Shown piece by piece: positions 19,716 through 29,042 of a stretch of 64,000 bases of DNA (the first letter of the stretch is position 1; every line of letters begins with the position of its first letter). The DNA is taken from contig JBHLPH010000008.1 in assembly GCA_048939625.1 (NCBI GenBank), forward strand, positions 1 to 64,000, given 5' to 3'. The position numbers and the translations under genes are program-made. This DNA comes from Promethearchaeota archaeon. Lineage in GTDB: Archaea; Asgardarchaeota; Hermodarchaeia; Hermodarchaeales; Hermodarchaeaceae. The notes beneath the pieces were generated by a model. The model saw only the letters and a program-made list of their open reading frames with translations, had not been told where the DNA came from and made no database searches.

Positions 19716-19892
19716 GTGAGCGAAGGAGAAAGTAAAGGAGGATCTCTGACAGAAGAACTTAAGCGCGAAATCAAGCAAGGCGCAAAACTCGAACATGTCA
19801 AAGAGGTAAAATACCAAACCGTTGATTTGTCTGCAGAGAAAGCACTCCTCGAAAAGTTAAGAGCTGAAGGGAAACTCGACGAAGAAGATTAG
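19716..19892 (+). CDS. WH2/actobindin-like microprotein (~58 aa)
   Basis: GAGGTGA SD at 19704-19710 then GTG at 19716; LTEELKREIKQGAKLEHV fits the WH2 helix-G-x-x-L-K-[KH]-V pattern; T-rich terminator follows. Confidence 0.65.
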   Translation: MSEGESKGGSLTEELKREIKQGAKLEHVKEVKYQTVDLSAEKALLEKLRAEGKLDEED

Positions 19893-19954
19893 TAACATCT
19901 TCTTTTGTGTTGTTGCTCCTTTCGTTTTTTTCTATGACCATTTGGTCCTATATA

Positions 19955-20833
19955 CTATTTTGATTTTAATTCGATAGGCTGTTTTCGATATTTCTGAATG
20001 CGCTTTTGTATCTCGGCTTTATTTTGCTGAAAAACTGGTCCTGTTCGTAAGATCCATTCCTGGAAATGTTCAGCCATAGCCTCAGGGCTCCATCGGTGTT
20101 TTCCTTTTTCTTTCCCCCATGAGATTTTGAGAGAAGGTCCCCGAATTAGGAGTTCACCTTTGGCTTGACAAAGTTGGCATTCAACTTGATTCTGGCCACG
20201 CAAAATGAAGTATGGCGTTCCACATTGGATACACGCATTTTCTGGTGTAGACAATGTGATTTGGTGATTCGGATCCCGGATTTGTTGAACTACTGCAGAT
20301 CCTATTTTCTGAGCTCGGGCCATTGTATTTTCATCGAGAAGAACTTCACCAGGTCCGGGGCGGTAAGCAACAAATCGGTCTACTAATTTTAGTTGCAAAA
20401 TGCCAGCGAGCATTGAAAGCATGGGCAGTGTAAAGGGATCCCAATCGCGAAGGCCTGCTGTAGCAATAATTGCTCCAGGACGTGGAATGCTTTTCCCCAG
20501 CTGAATGCTGAACTCAAAGAGCCGATCGATTAGCAGCTTAATGCTGCCTCCGGGTCCGAGGAAATAAGTTGGGGCCGAGAGGATGATGGCATCTGCCCAC
20601 TGAAAATAATTCCAGAGTTCATGCATATCATCATCTAGGCGGCAAGGTTCTCCCTTGAGGACACAGGCTAAACAACCCTTACACGGGAGAAGATGAAAAT
20701 CGGTTAATCGAATTGCCTTGGTTTCCGCCCCGTCTTGTTGAGCTTCGATGAGGGCTTCCTTGACCAACACTTCACAGTTTCCTAATTTTCGGGCAGAACC
20801 GATAACGCCTAACACGTTCAAGACTTGCACCAT
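19955..20833 (-). CDS. Iron-sulfur flavoprotein/NADPH-dependent FMN reductase family with C-terminal Zn ribbon
   Basis: GSARKLGN, CKGCLAC...C, DAIILSAPTYF; CIQC...CQLC. Confidence 0.85.
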   Translation of the reverse strand: MVQVLNVLGVIGSARKLGNCEVLVKEALIEAQQDGAETKAIRLTDFHLLPCKGCLACVLKGEPCRLDDDMHELWNYFQWADAIILSAPTYFLGPGGSIKLLIDRLFEFSIQLGKSIPRPGAIIATAGLRDWDPFTLPMLSMLAGILQLKLVDRFVAYRPGPGEVLLDENTMARAQKIGSAVVQQIRDPNHQITLSTPENACIQCGTPYFILRGQNQVECQLCQAKGELLIRGPSLKISWGKEKGKHRWSPEAMAEHFQEWILRTGPVFQQNKAEIQKRIQKYRKQPIELKSK

Positions 20834-20901
20834 GGGCTAATCATCTAAGCTTCCTTAAGAGTTTCTAGTCCCAGACCTCTGTTGGAAAATGTGCTTAGAA
20901 A

Positions 20902-21255
20902 TTAATAGGTGATTTTAAAATCATGCAGGTTGGGATCAAATTCCACATTAGTAATCGACACGTTGTCAACTCTCGCAGATGGTGAACCGTGATGGAGGAA
21001 TTGAATAAATTTCTCGATCGCTGCGTCTGGACCTTGAACCTGGCATTCTACGGTTCCATTTCGGTTATTGCGAACCCATCCAACTAGATTCAATTTATGA
21101 GCCTTATCACGGGTGTACACCCGAAAGAAGACACCTTGAACCCGACCATGAATAAATGCCCGAATCGCTCGCACAACTTTTACCTCATCTCTATATGCGA
21201 AAGTCTTCCCTAAGAAAATTGTCCACACGATTAATGGCATCAAGCAAATTACCAT
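20902..21255 (-). CDS. acyP: Acylphosphatase (true start likely ~25 codons downstream)
   Basis: GRVQGVFFR, GWVRN, GSPSARV. Confidence 0.93.
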   Translation of the reverse strand: MVICLMPLIVWTIFLGKTFAYRDEVKVVRAIRAFIHGRVQGVFFRVYTRDKAHKLNLVGWVRNNRNGTVECQVQGPDAAIEKFIQFLHHGSPSARVDNVSITNVEFDPNLHDFKITY

Positions 21256-21325
21256 GTTGTTAGCGGTGGTCGGTTTCGGAATCCTTAAATCAGTTCAACC
21301 TCCCAGCCTCATCGAGGATCTGATA

Positions 21326-21619
21326 ATGAGTCCTACGAAACCTTCAATGAATGTTGAAAAAGAAATCACTAATTTTCCGGGTAAAATTGGACGGAGTGAT
21401 TCTAGACAATGGGTGAAGGTGTGTCCTGGTTGCTTTAGTATCAATATTCAACCACTTACCAACATTTCTGGTACGATAGTCCATGAACAATGGTATTGTC
21501 CCAAGTGTGATTATGCTGGAGTAGCTATCGAGGTGAAAACGGAAGACTTGCTTCACTTCCATCTCCAGCAACTTGCGATTCGCTATAATAAAAACCAGAA
21601 ACCTTCGAGCTCCATGTGA
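21326..21619 (+). CDS. Small Zn-ribbon protein
   Basis: CPGC...CPKC; ATG at 21326 after GAGGA SD. Confidence 0.6.
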   Translation: MSPTKPSMNVEKEITNFPGKIGRSDSRQWVKVCPGCFSINIQPLTNISGTIVHEQWYCPKCDYAGVAIEVKTEDLLHFHLQQLAIRYNKNQKPSSSM

Positions 21620-21634
21620 TTTTGAGTGTTCATT

Positions 21635-22504
21635 CTAAGCGGGTGGGAATGCCACTTCAGCCGCTGCACCCATCAACGTCTTAAATAGCAGTTCTTTATT
21701 ACGGGGATCAATAGCAACCAATCCAATGGTCCGTAATCCCAACAAGCGTGAAACTGTATCAGGTAATAAGGCATCTTTGAGGTCCTGCTTATTAGCAATT
21801 GCCCAGATTAAGGCTCCATCAGTCCATTTCTGAATGATGGGGATGAGTTTGCGTGTGGACATGACGTTCTTCAAGGTTGAGTCAGTCACCATCAGAACAA
21901 CGTCTGTTCCGCGTAGATAGTCTTTCCATTTGGGGACTAGCAGTTCTTGCCCAGGAAAATCCCAGACTGCTAATTCATAAGGACCAAGTTTTGCAGTTCG
22001 CATTTCTTCGACGTAAACAGCCATTGTTGCAATGTGATTCAGGTCGGCTCGTCGAGTCATTAGCATTTTGAGGATAGTTGTTTTGCCAACTCCACCTTCA
22101 CCAAGTAAAACGATTTTTAGCGTTGAAACGATTGCTTCGTCAAGAATTGGGCCTAGACCTTGAAAGACCTCAGAATTTCGATTGCTTTTGAAATCCCAGA
22201 TCTGTTTGGCAAATTTCTTTTTCATCGTCCGGACTGCGGTATCAATTTTTTCTTGCAGGATTTCATCTCTATCCTGTCGGTCAGCTACAACAACGAGGAT
22301 CAGGTCGCTGTCAACATATTTGTGAATGAATTTCATACCATCCAGAAAAATCGGAACGGGAAGGTCTTCACCCGTATCTCTTTCGAGTTGGCGAAGAGAT
22401 TGGATATACTCAGAGACGACTGGTTGGTCAATTTCAATCGCCCAATATGAGCGATGAAAGAGTTTGATTCCGTTTCTTGTGAGTAAGAGAACGTTATGGA
22501 TCAA
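21635..22504 (-). CDS. Longin domain fused to an Arf/Rab-like small GTPase
   Basis: N-terminal MIHNVLLLTRNGIKLFHRSY longin strand pattern; G1 GEGGVGKTT, G3 WDFPGQ, G4 NKQD. Confidence 0.85.
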   Translation of the reverse strand: MIHNVLLLTRNGIKLFHRSYWAIEIDQPVVSEYIQSLRQLERDTGEDLPVPIFLDGMKFIHKYVDSDLILVVVADRQDRDEILQEKIDTAVRTMKKKFAKQIWDFKSNRNSEVFQGLGPILDEAIVSTLKIVLLGEGGVGKTTILKMLMTRRADLNHIATMAVYVEEMRTAKLGPYELAVWDFPGQELLVPKWKDYLRGTDVVLMVTDSTLKNVMSTRKLIPIIQKWTDGALIWAIANKQDLKDALLPDTVSRLLGLRTIGLVAIDPRNKELLFKTLMGAAAEVAFPPA

Positions 22505-22642
22505 CCCGAATCGCCTCCCAGCTGGCTTACCCCACGTTTCTGGGTGTTGGATATTCGTTTCAAGGCTTTAAAATAGTTCCACACAACCGACCCAAACTAT
22601 TTCCACATTAAACATTCCTAATTGCAAAGAAAATACGCAAAA

Positions 22643-24124
22643 CTATGTGGGACCATGGGGCAGGGCAGTAATTTTGTGGCGGTTCATGAAGCCTTTTACT
22701 ATCTTATCCAACTCGTGGGATTGGGTTTTGGATAAAGGTTGAATCTTATGTGAATCAAGAATTTCTTGTACACGATTTCTTGCCCGATCTTGACTATTTA
22801 ATGAACCCTGCTCTTGCCAACTTTCAAAGGGTTGGCGATCAACGAGAATGCCAGGGAGGAAATGCTCCTGTCGAAACCAGGTAAGCGTGTGACGAAGACG
22901 AAGGAAATCTCCGCCTCCTGTGCCAACTTCTCGCAGTTCATTGAGGGCTAGCGTATCTTCATTAATTTCAACACCCTGTATGAAGCGCTTTGCCATACCT
23001 GCAAGGATATCATCTATTACGAGTTTCTCGTAACTTTGGGTGCTCTCAAAAATGAGCATGCCTGCACCTGCAATGTTATTGATACCCGCCATGGCGGCTA
23101 GAAGAACTCCTGTCGCCGCTTCATATCCTGTTTGAGAATCTGCTCCTATCTTCGCATCTGATAGACCTAGGTAACCATGAGTGGGAAGGCCGTAGTGTTT
23201 TGCCATTTGAGAATAAGCACAGGTTAGCATGATGCTCTCAATGGCTCCTAACCGGGCAGTACCGTACTGCATATCGACTGCTGTGGGGGATCCACCGTAA
23301 ATTACCGGAGATCCCTTCGCAGCAAGTTGGGTAAGGACAACCCCGCTTAGAGACTCGGCATTATGCAACACTAAAGAACCAGCAATCGTGATGGGTCCCG
23401 TTGCTCCAAGTTGAGGCATTGAGATAAGTTCAATGGGAATACCTGCTTTCGCCCCTTGTAAAAGGTCGTGAACAGTCAATTCACTCCATTGAAGTGGAGC
23501 TGAGGGGCAAGTATCAAAGATGGCTAGCGGTTTTTTTCGGAGTTTCTCAGGTCCACCAACTACTGCTTCAAGCATTTGCCTCATATCGTCAAAGGCATCT
23601 AAAGTGAAGGTACCTGTGACGATAGGCTTTGTCGAATTCAGTAAAACATGATAAAGACGGTAGCGGTCAGCGAGTTCAGGTGGAACATCTGTGGGGATAA
23701 GGGCGGTACTTTGGACATCAATATGAGATAGAGCGTCAGTAACTCGCGCAAACTCAATTACATCCTTGGTATTGGGATGATGGCGTTCTCCGGTTTTTCG
23801 ATCAAGTAAATGGGTTGCAGCAGAACCAGGGTTAAAGTGAATGTTGTCGCCTTCAAGTGTCATAGCATGGTTGCCATCGCGACTAAACATGTGAATAGCA
23901 CTTGGTGCGTGTTTTAATTGTTCTTCAACTAGAGAAGAAGGAAACTTGGCATGTTCCTTTTCATAATCGACCTGTGCACCAGCTTTCTCTAGTAGCTCTA
24001 AAGCCTCTTGACTTTGGATTTTCATCCCCACTTTTTCTAGAAGACTGAGACTTTCCCCATGAATTCGAAGAACATCTTCATCGGAGAGTAATTGGAATTT
24101 GGGTCGTTGATTCATCTTTCTCAC
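22643..24124 (-). CDS. Trimethylamine methyltransferase (MttB) superfamily, non-pyrrolysine member
   Basis: GATGPITIAGSLV..NAE.LSG, PVIYG, GLSDAK...Q.GYE; Leu at the Pyl-equivalent position and no in-frame TAG. Confidence 0.9.
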   Translation of the reverse strand: MRKMNQRPKFQLLSDEDVLRIHGESLSLLEKVGMKIQSQEALELLEKAGAQVDYEKEHAKFPSSLVEEQLKHAPSAIHMFSRDGNHAMTLEGDNIHFNPGSAATHLLDRKTGERHHPNTKDVIEFARVTDALSHIDVQSTALIPTDVPPELADRYRLYHVLLNSTKPIVTGTFTLDAFDDMRQMLEAVVGGPEKLRKKPLAIFDTCPSAPLQWSELTVHDLLQGAKAGIPIELISMPQLGATGPITIAGSLVLHNAESLSGVVLTQLAAKGSPVIYGGSPTAVDMQYGTARLGAIESIMLTCAYSQMAKHYGLPTHGYLGLSDAKIGADSQTGYEAATGVLLAAMAGINNIAGAGMLIFESTQSYEKLVIDDILAGMAKRFIQGVEINEDTLALNELREVGTGGGDFLRLRHTLTWFRQEHFLPGILVDRQPFESWQEQGSLNSQDRARNRVQEILDSHKIQPLSKTQSHELDKIVKGFMNRHKITALPHGPT

Positions 24125-24151
24125 ATCTCACTTTTCTGAGGGTTTTTTCGA

Positions 24152-24796
24152 TTAATGCCCGGTTAATCGTTTAGCGATTTTCACAGCTTGATTGAAGTCT
24201 ACACCATATGCGTCGGCACCAATTTTATCCGCAAATTGCTGGCTAACTGGAGCACCCCCGACCATTACCTTGACCTTTTTGTCAAGCTTCTCAGCCTTGA
24301 GTAAATCGATGGTTTCTTGCATTCGGTCCATTGTAGTTGTGAGTAGTGCAGACATGGCGATGATGTCTGCTTTCACATTCTTGGTCTTGTCAATGAACTG
24401 CGCTGGCGTTACCTCTACCCCTAAATCATAGACGGTAAATCCAGCAACTGTTAGCATTGTTGCGACAATTGATTTACCAATGTCGTGGATATCTCCTTGA
24501 ACGGTACCTATCACAATTTTTCCTAGAGCTTCTTCATCCACGGTTTTGGCTAAATATGGTTCAAGGAACTTGAGGGCTTGTTTCATTGTTTCAGCAGCAA
24601 CAGCCAGTTCGGGTAGGAATGCTTCGCCTTTTTCGAAGCGATCTCCCAAGACTCGAATTCCTGCTGTTAGTCCTTGATTCACTATCTGCGAGGCATCAAT
24701 TCCCTCCTCAATGGCTTTCGGAACAAGTTCAAGAACTTGATCGGTTTGGCAATTGATCATTTCATTGCGTATTTGGTCTACAATTTTTTGTCCCAT
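24152..24796 (-). CDS. Methyltransferase cognate corrinoid protein (MttC/MtbC-like)
   Basis: GTVQGDIHDIGKSIV (DxHxxG), SALLTTT, MVGGAP. Confidence 0.95.
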   Translation of the reverse strand: MGQKIVDQIRNEMINCQTDQVLELVPKAIEEGIDASQIVNQGLTAGIRVLGDRFEKGEAFLPELAVAAETMKQALKFLEPYLAKTVDEEALGKIVIGTVQGDIHDIGKSIVATMLTVAGFTVYDLGVEVTPAQFIDKTKNVKADIIAMSALLTTTMDRMQETIDLLKAEKLDKKVKVMVGGAPVSQQFADKIGADAYGVDFNQAVKIAKRLTGH

Positions 24797-24830
24797 TGGT
24801 TAAGTCCCTCGTCAGTCCTTGCGACTTCAT

Positions 24831-25886
24831 TCATTCGATGATTTCCCAAGAGTGCTGATACTTATCGAGTTCTGATATGGTTCGGGAATCCATAGGGTGA
24901 TCTCGATCTGGAACATCCAAGTGTTTTGGTTCACCACAAAGGGGTGTACTGAAATAACGCTGTCCGCTGTCATTAATCATAGTCACGATGTTTTTGAGTT
25001 CTGGATGTTTCTTTACTAATTTCAGAGCAGCTGCCACATTACAGCCTGAAGAGATACCACAAAACAGTCCCTCTTCGCAGCTGAGCCATTGGGCCATTTC
25101 AAGAGCTTCATCAGATGTGGTTGTGATTATGCCATCCAGAATGCTTAGGTCTAGATTTTCAGGGACGAAACCGTCCCCAATGCCTTCGATACGGTGGGAC
25201 CCCCATCTCCTGTGGGCTAGGAGTGGAGCTTCAGTGGGTTCAATGGCGTAAAGTTTTACTTTGGGATTCTGTTCGCGTAAATATCGACCAACACCTGTGA
25301 TTGTTCCGCCTGTTCCTTGGCTGGCTATGAATGCATCAACGTTCTTTCCAGACTGCTCCCAGATTTCAGGTCCTGTTGTTTCATAGTGGGCAAGCGTGTT
25401 GTCAGGATTGCTAAATTGAGCCGGTTCCCAATACTTGCCAGGGTTGGATTCCTTGAGCTCTTTGACCTTCTCAAGACACAAATCGACATCCGATTCACCA
25501 CCCGGCGTCAGAATGATTTTCGCCCCATACGCTGACATTAATTTTCGTCGCTCTTGACTCATTCCTTTGGGCATAACTATGGTCACTGGATAATTTAGCA
25601 TTCGACCTACAAAGGCACACGCTATTCCTGCATTGCCCGTAGATGACTCAATGATTTCCATACCAGGCTTAAGGTCTCCTCGGTTAATGGCTTCTTGAAT
25701 CATTTTGAAGTAGATTCGGTCCTTAAGACTCCCTGTGGGGGAATACCATTCGATTTTTCCTAAGATATTCGCTCCTGCTCTTTCACTGACTTTTGGCATT
25801 CGGAAAAGAGGAGTAAGACCGATGAGGTCAAAGATATTATTCTGAATCTGTTTGTACTTATCCCATTTCAAAGGCAACGTCCGCAA
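24831..25886 (-). CDS. PLP-dependent cysteine synthase/cystathionine beta-synthase family protein
   Basis: PTGSLKDR (PLP Lys), ESSTGNAG, QFSNPDN, GTGGT, HRIEGIG. Confidence 0.9.
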   Translation of the reverse strand: MRTLPLKWDKYKQIQNNIFDLIGLTPLFRMPKVSERAGANILGKIEWYSPTGSLKDRIYFKMIQEAINRGDLKPGMEIIESSTGNAGIACAFVGRMLNYPVTIVMPKGMSQERRKLMSAYGAKIILTPGGESDVDLCLEKVKELKESNPGKYWEPAQFSNPDNTLAHYETTGPEIWEQSGKNVDAFIASQGTGGTITGVGRYLREQNPKVKLYAIEPTEAPLLAHRRWGSHRIEGIGDGFVPENLDLSILDGIITTTSDEALEMAQWLSCEEGLFCGISSGCNVAAALKLVKKHPELKNIVTMINDSGQRYFSTPLCGEPKHLDVPDRDHPMDSRTISELDKYQHSWEIIE

Positions 25887-26012
25887 CTCCTATGGAATTA
25901 ATCGCAGCTTAGACTAGCCCGTATATAAGGATACAGCTTCTCGTGATGCACGAAGCAAAAAATCATAAGAGGCTAAGGTGGCTTTCTGAAGAGATCAATA
26001 GGAGTCAATTCA

Positions 26013-26720
26013 GTGAAACTTCAAGGACCTTTCCTCTATGGGCAATTCCTCGAACGCCCAAATCGATTCCTGACAGTCTGCCGGTTGAACGGACGTAAAG
26101 TTTTGGCGTATATACCGAATCCTGGTCCTATGCCTGATTTGCTTTTTTCTGGCGTTGAAGTTCTTCTCCGACATAACCCAGGAGTTCATCGAAAAACCGA
26201 TTATGATCTAGTCTGTTCACGTAGTAATGGCGTGCTGCTATCTTTAGATTCACGCGTTCCCAATTGGCTGCTTGCAGAAGCTCTACCTCGTCGCCAACTA
26301 ACTCCCTTTGCTCAATACCATGAGATTGTTCCTGAACCCGTCTACAAGGATAGTCGACTCGATTTTCTTCTCCGGAATAAAAACCTCCCGCCGTGTTATA
26401 TCGAGGCTAAATCCTCTACTGATACTCGTGAGGGTGTTGGCATGTTTCCCCGGGTTCCTACCGAACGGGGACAACGGCATGTTCAAGAGCTAATGCATGC
26501 CATCGATGAAGGACACCGTGCAGCAATTGTTTTTATCGTTCAACGAATCGACGCTGATAGGATGCAGCCAAACGATCCAATTGATCCAGAGTTTGGAGCT
26601 GTCTTACGCAAAGCAGTCGATTATGGCGTTGAAGCTTACGCCTGGAGAACCCGCTTCATCGAATCCACTTGTGAAATCACAATCGACCGACAAATCCCCG
26701 TTGATCTGAGTCCCCCTTGA
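26013..26720 (+). CDS. sfsA: Sugar fermentation stimulation protein/DNA-RNA nuclease SfsA
   Basis: RPNRF, SRLDFLL, YIEAKS, PTERGQRH, DPEF. Confidence 0.92.
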   Translation: MKLQGPFLYGQFLERPNRFLTVCRLNGRKVLAYIPNPGPMPDLLFSGVEVLLRHNPGVHRKTDYDLVCSRSNGVLLSLDSRVPNWLLAEALPRRQLTPFAQYHEIVPEPVYKDSRLDFLLRNKNLPPCYIEAKSSTDTREGVGMFPRVPTERGQRHVQELMHAIDEGHRAAIVFIVQRIDADRMQPNDPIDPEFGAVLRKAVDYGVEAYAWRTRFIESTCEITIDRQIPVDLSPP

Positions 26721-26732
26721 AATACGGATTAC

Positions 26733-27779
26733 CTAAGTTAGCTGTCCAAATTTCTCCGCCGCCCTGACCATTGCTCGAATATTCTCTAAAGGTGCTAACG
26801 GAGGAATTTCGCAACCACTACTAAGGATATATCGTCCATCACGACCCACTGCCGCAATACAATGCTTCGCCGCCATTTCGACTTGCTCAGGTGTTCCCGA
26901 TAATAGTAGTTCTGTTGGATTGAGGTTTCCCATTATAATGGCCTGCTTGCCAACTTGGTTCTTTGCATATTGCAAATCGACCAAGTGATCTAACTCTATC
27001 ACTTTAGGTCCCGTTTCAACCATCTGCTTGAGAATTGGAGTAGTTTTCCCACAAATGTGTAAGGAAGGAATAGCCGCTGCCTGTTTTATGGCATCTAGTA
27101 CTGATTTGAGGTGTGGTGCAGCAAAAGCTTCGAAGGTTTGTGCACTAATCAGGCTACCACTGGCAGTTGGGTCGGCAGCAACGATGACATCGATTCCTGC
27201 TTCAATGTTGGCTTGTGCATAGCGTATTGAAGCCTGCTTCGCTAGCTCCACAATCTTGTTCACATAAGTGGGATTTTGGATAGTGGCCATCATTAAGGAG
27301 TTTACTCCACTTAGCTGTCCCGCTAAGGTAAAAGGTCCTGGAGTATATGCAAAAAGCGGAATTTCATTATGGACTTCGGCTTTGATTCGGGAAACTAACT
27401 CCATATGTAAGGGTAACCTACCAGAACTTCGGGGATCTGGAATTTCTAAGGTGTCCAGGTCATCCGGAGACTGTAATACATGTTCGGCTACTTGGGGTAC
27501 GGAATTCTCAGGAAACCGCATGATGCAACCCATTGCTTCAGCTAAAAGATTGAATGAACTTTCCCAACCCACATAAATCGCATCATAACCAAGCTCCCGT
27601 TGTCCGGCTAACAAGGCTTCTGCAGTCTTTTCAGGACTATGTAATGCTTCCACTAAGCCAACTCCGGTAAGTTGAGCCGTGGTATATGTGATTTGGGGGA
27701 TAACTGGGATTCTATCTGGCATCTTACCCTGAAGAAGAGTCATCACCCGATCATACGGTGTAAGAGAAGCCATCGTCAT
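26733..27779 (-). CDS. MtaA/CmuA-family methylcobamide:thiol (CoM) methyltransferase (UroD fold)
   Basis: AEAMGC, GPFTLA, DPTAS, Zn-binding LHICG and SSGCEIP. Confidence 0.88.
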   Translation of the reverse strand: MTMASLTPYDRVMTLLQGKMPDRIPVIPQITYTTAQLTGVGLVEALHSPEKTAEALLAGQRELGYDAIYVGWESSFNLLAEAMGCIMRFPENSVPQVAEHVLQSPDDLDTLEIPDPRSSGRLPLHMELVSRIKAEVHNEIPLFAYTPGPFTLAGQLSGVNSLMMATIQNPTYVNKIVELAKQASIRYAQANIEAGIDVIVAADPTASGSLISAQTFEAFAAPHLKSVLDAIKQAAAIPSLHICGKTTPILKQMVETGPKVIELDHLVDLQYAKNQVGKQAIIMGNLNPTELLLSGTPEQVEMAAKHCIAAVGRDGRYILSSGCEIPPLAPLENIRAMVRAAEKFGQLT

Positions 27780-27971
27780 GAAACCTCGTTCTTCTGTAGG
27801 TCCCGGTCAGTGATAGCTATACTTAATTACCTAATAAAATGCGTTTGCTATAGACTGAATAAATTTTCCATGCCTTGGGCAGCATCTTTAAATTGTTAAG
27901 AAGCGAAGTTCTGACGGGGAATGTGTCTTCCCCGAGATGTACCGGATAGGTAGGGTTCGGATCCGATAGGT

Positions 27972-28928
27972 ATGTCTGAAAATAATCGACGAAAGGCGCA
28001 ATCCGATTCAGACCAGGCAAACGGAGAACCAAATGTTTGCCCTAATTGTGGAAGCAATAATCTTATTATGACATCTTCTCGCGAACTCGTATGCTCTAAT
28101 TGCGGACTTGTCCTTAGCGATGATGTGATTGATTTTGGCGCCGAATGGCGTGAATTTTCCCCAGAAGAACGGGATAAACGTGCACGCGCAGGTCCTCCAT
28201 CCACCCTTACCATGCATGACCGTGGACTTTCCACAACCATTGATTGGCGGGATGTCGATGCCCGTGGGCATAAACTCGATGCATCTCGTCGGGCTGAAAT
28301 GCAACGGATTCGAAAGTGGCATAACAGAAGTCGAGTCTATCAAGCCAGCGAACGGAATCTCGCCAGTGCCATGAGTGAGCTAGATCGATTGTCTGGTCAA
28401 TTGGATCTTCCCCAACGTGTCCGCCAATCTGCCGCCCTTCTGTACCGAAGAGCGCTGGATAAAAACCTCATTCGTGGTCGAAGCATTGAAGCAATAGTGG
28501 CTGCGTGTGTGTACGCAGCTTGTCGGTTCACAAGTTTTCCCCGAACCCTTGCTGACGTGGGTCGATATACACGGGTAGGACGCAAGGAACTCGGACGTTC
28601 CTATCGACTGATTGTTAGACGTCTTGGTCTTCAAATGCCGATCACTCAACCAGAAGATTTCGTTTCTCGGTATACCACTGCCCTCTCGCTCTCCCAACGC
28701 ACACATGCCCGTGCCCTTGATATTCTCATGAAAGCTCGCACTAAAGGCATCACATCAGGAAAAGATCCTACCTGTATTGCTGCTGCTGCAATCTACATTG
28801 CTTCAATTTTGGAAGGGGAACGCCGAACTCAACGCGAAATTGGTGAAGTAGCTGGTGTTACTGAAGTTACGGTTCGAAACCGCTACAAAGAATTAGTTCG
28901 GGCACTGGACCTTGGCGTCGAGGTTTAG
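27972..28928 (+). CDS. tfb: Transcription initiation factor IIB
   Basis: Zn ribbon CPNC...CSNCG, EWREF, cyclin repeats GRSIE and GKDP, VTEVTVRNRYKEL. Confidence 0.97.
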   Translation: MSENNRRKAQSDSDQANGEPNVCPNCGSNNLIMTSSRELVCSNCGLVLSDDVIDFGAEWREFSPEERDKRARAGPPSTLTMHDRGLSTTIDWRDVDARGHKLDASRRAEMQRIRKWHNRSRVYQASERNLASAMSELDRLSGQLDLPQRVRQSAALLYRRALDKNLIRGRSIEAIVAACVYAACRFTSFPRTLADVGRYTRVGRKELGRSYRLIVRRLGLQMPITQPEDFVSRYTTALSLSQRTHARALDILMKARTKGITSGKDPTCIAAAAIYIASILEGERRTQREIGEVAGVTEVTVRNRYKELVRALDLGVEV

Positions 28929-29042
28929 CCTCACGCAATACGCATTTCCCTAATTCTCTATCTAGACAAAATTACTTAAAGGCACATTCCTGAGTGTATG
29001 CCAGGTTTCCAGCTGAGGCGTCTTAATGCTTTAAGCTAGACT

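Noticed and set aside
22643-24124. Pyrrolysine read-through in MttB
   Set aside because: The ORF is open with Leu at the Pyl position; no pyl genes in the window
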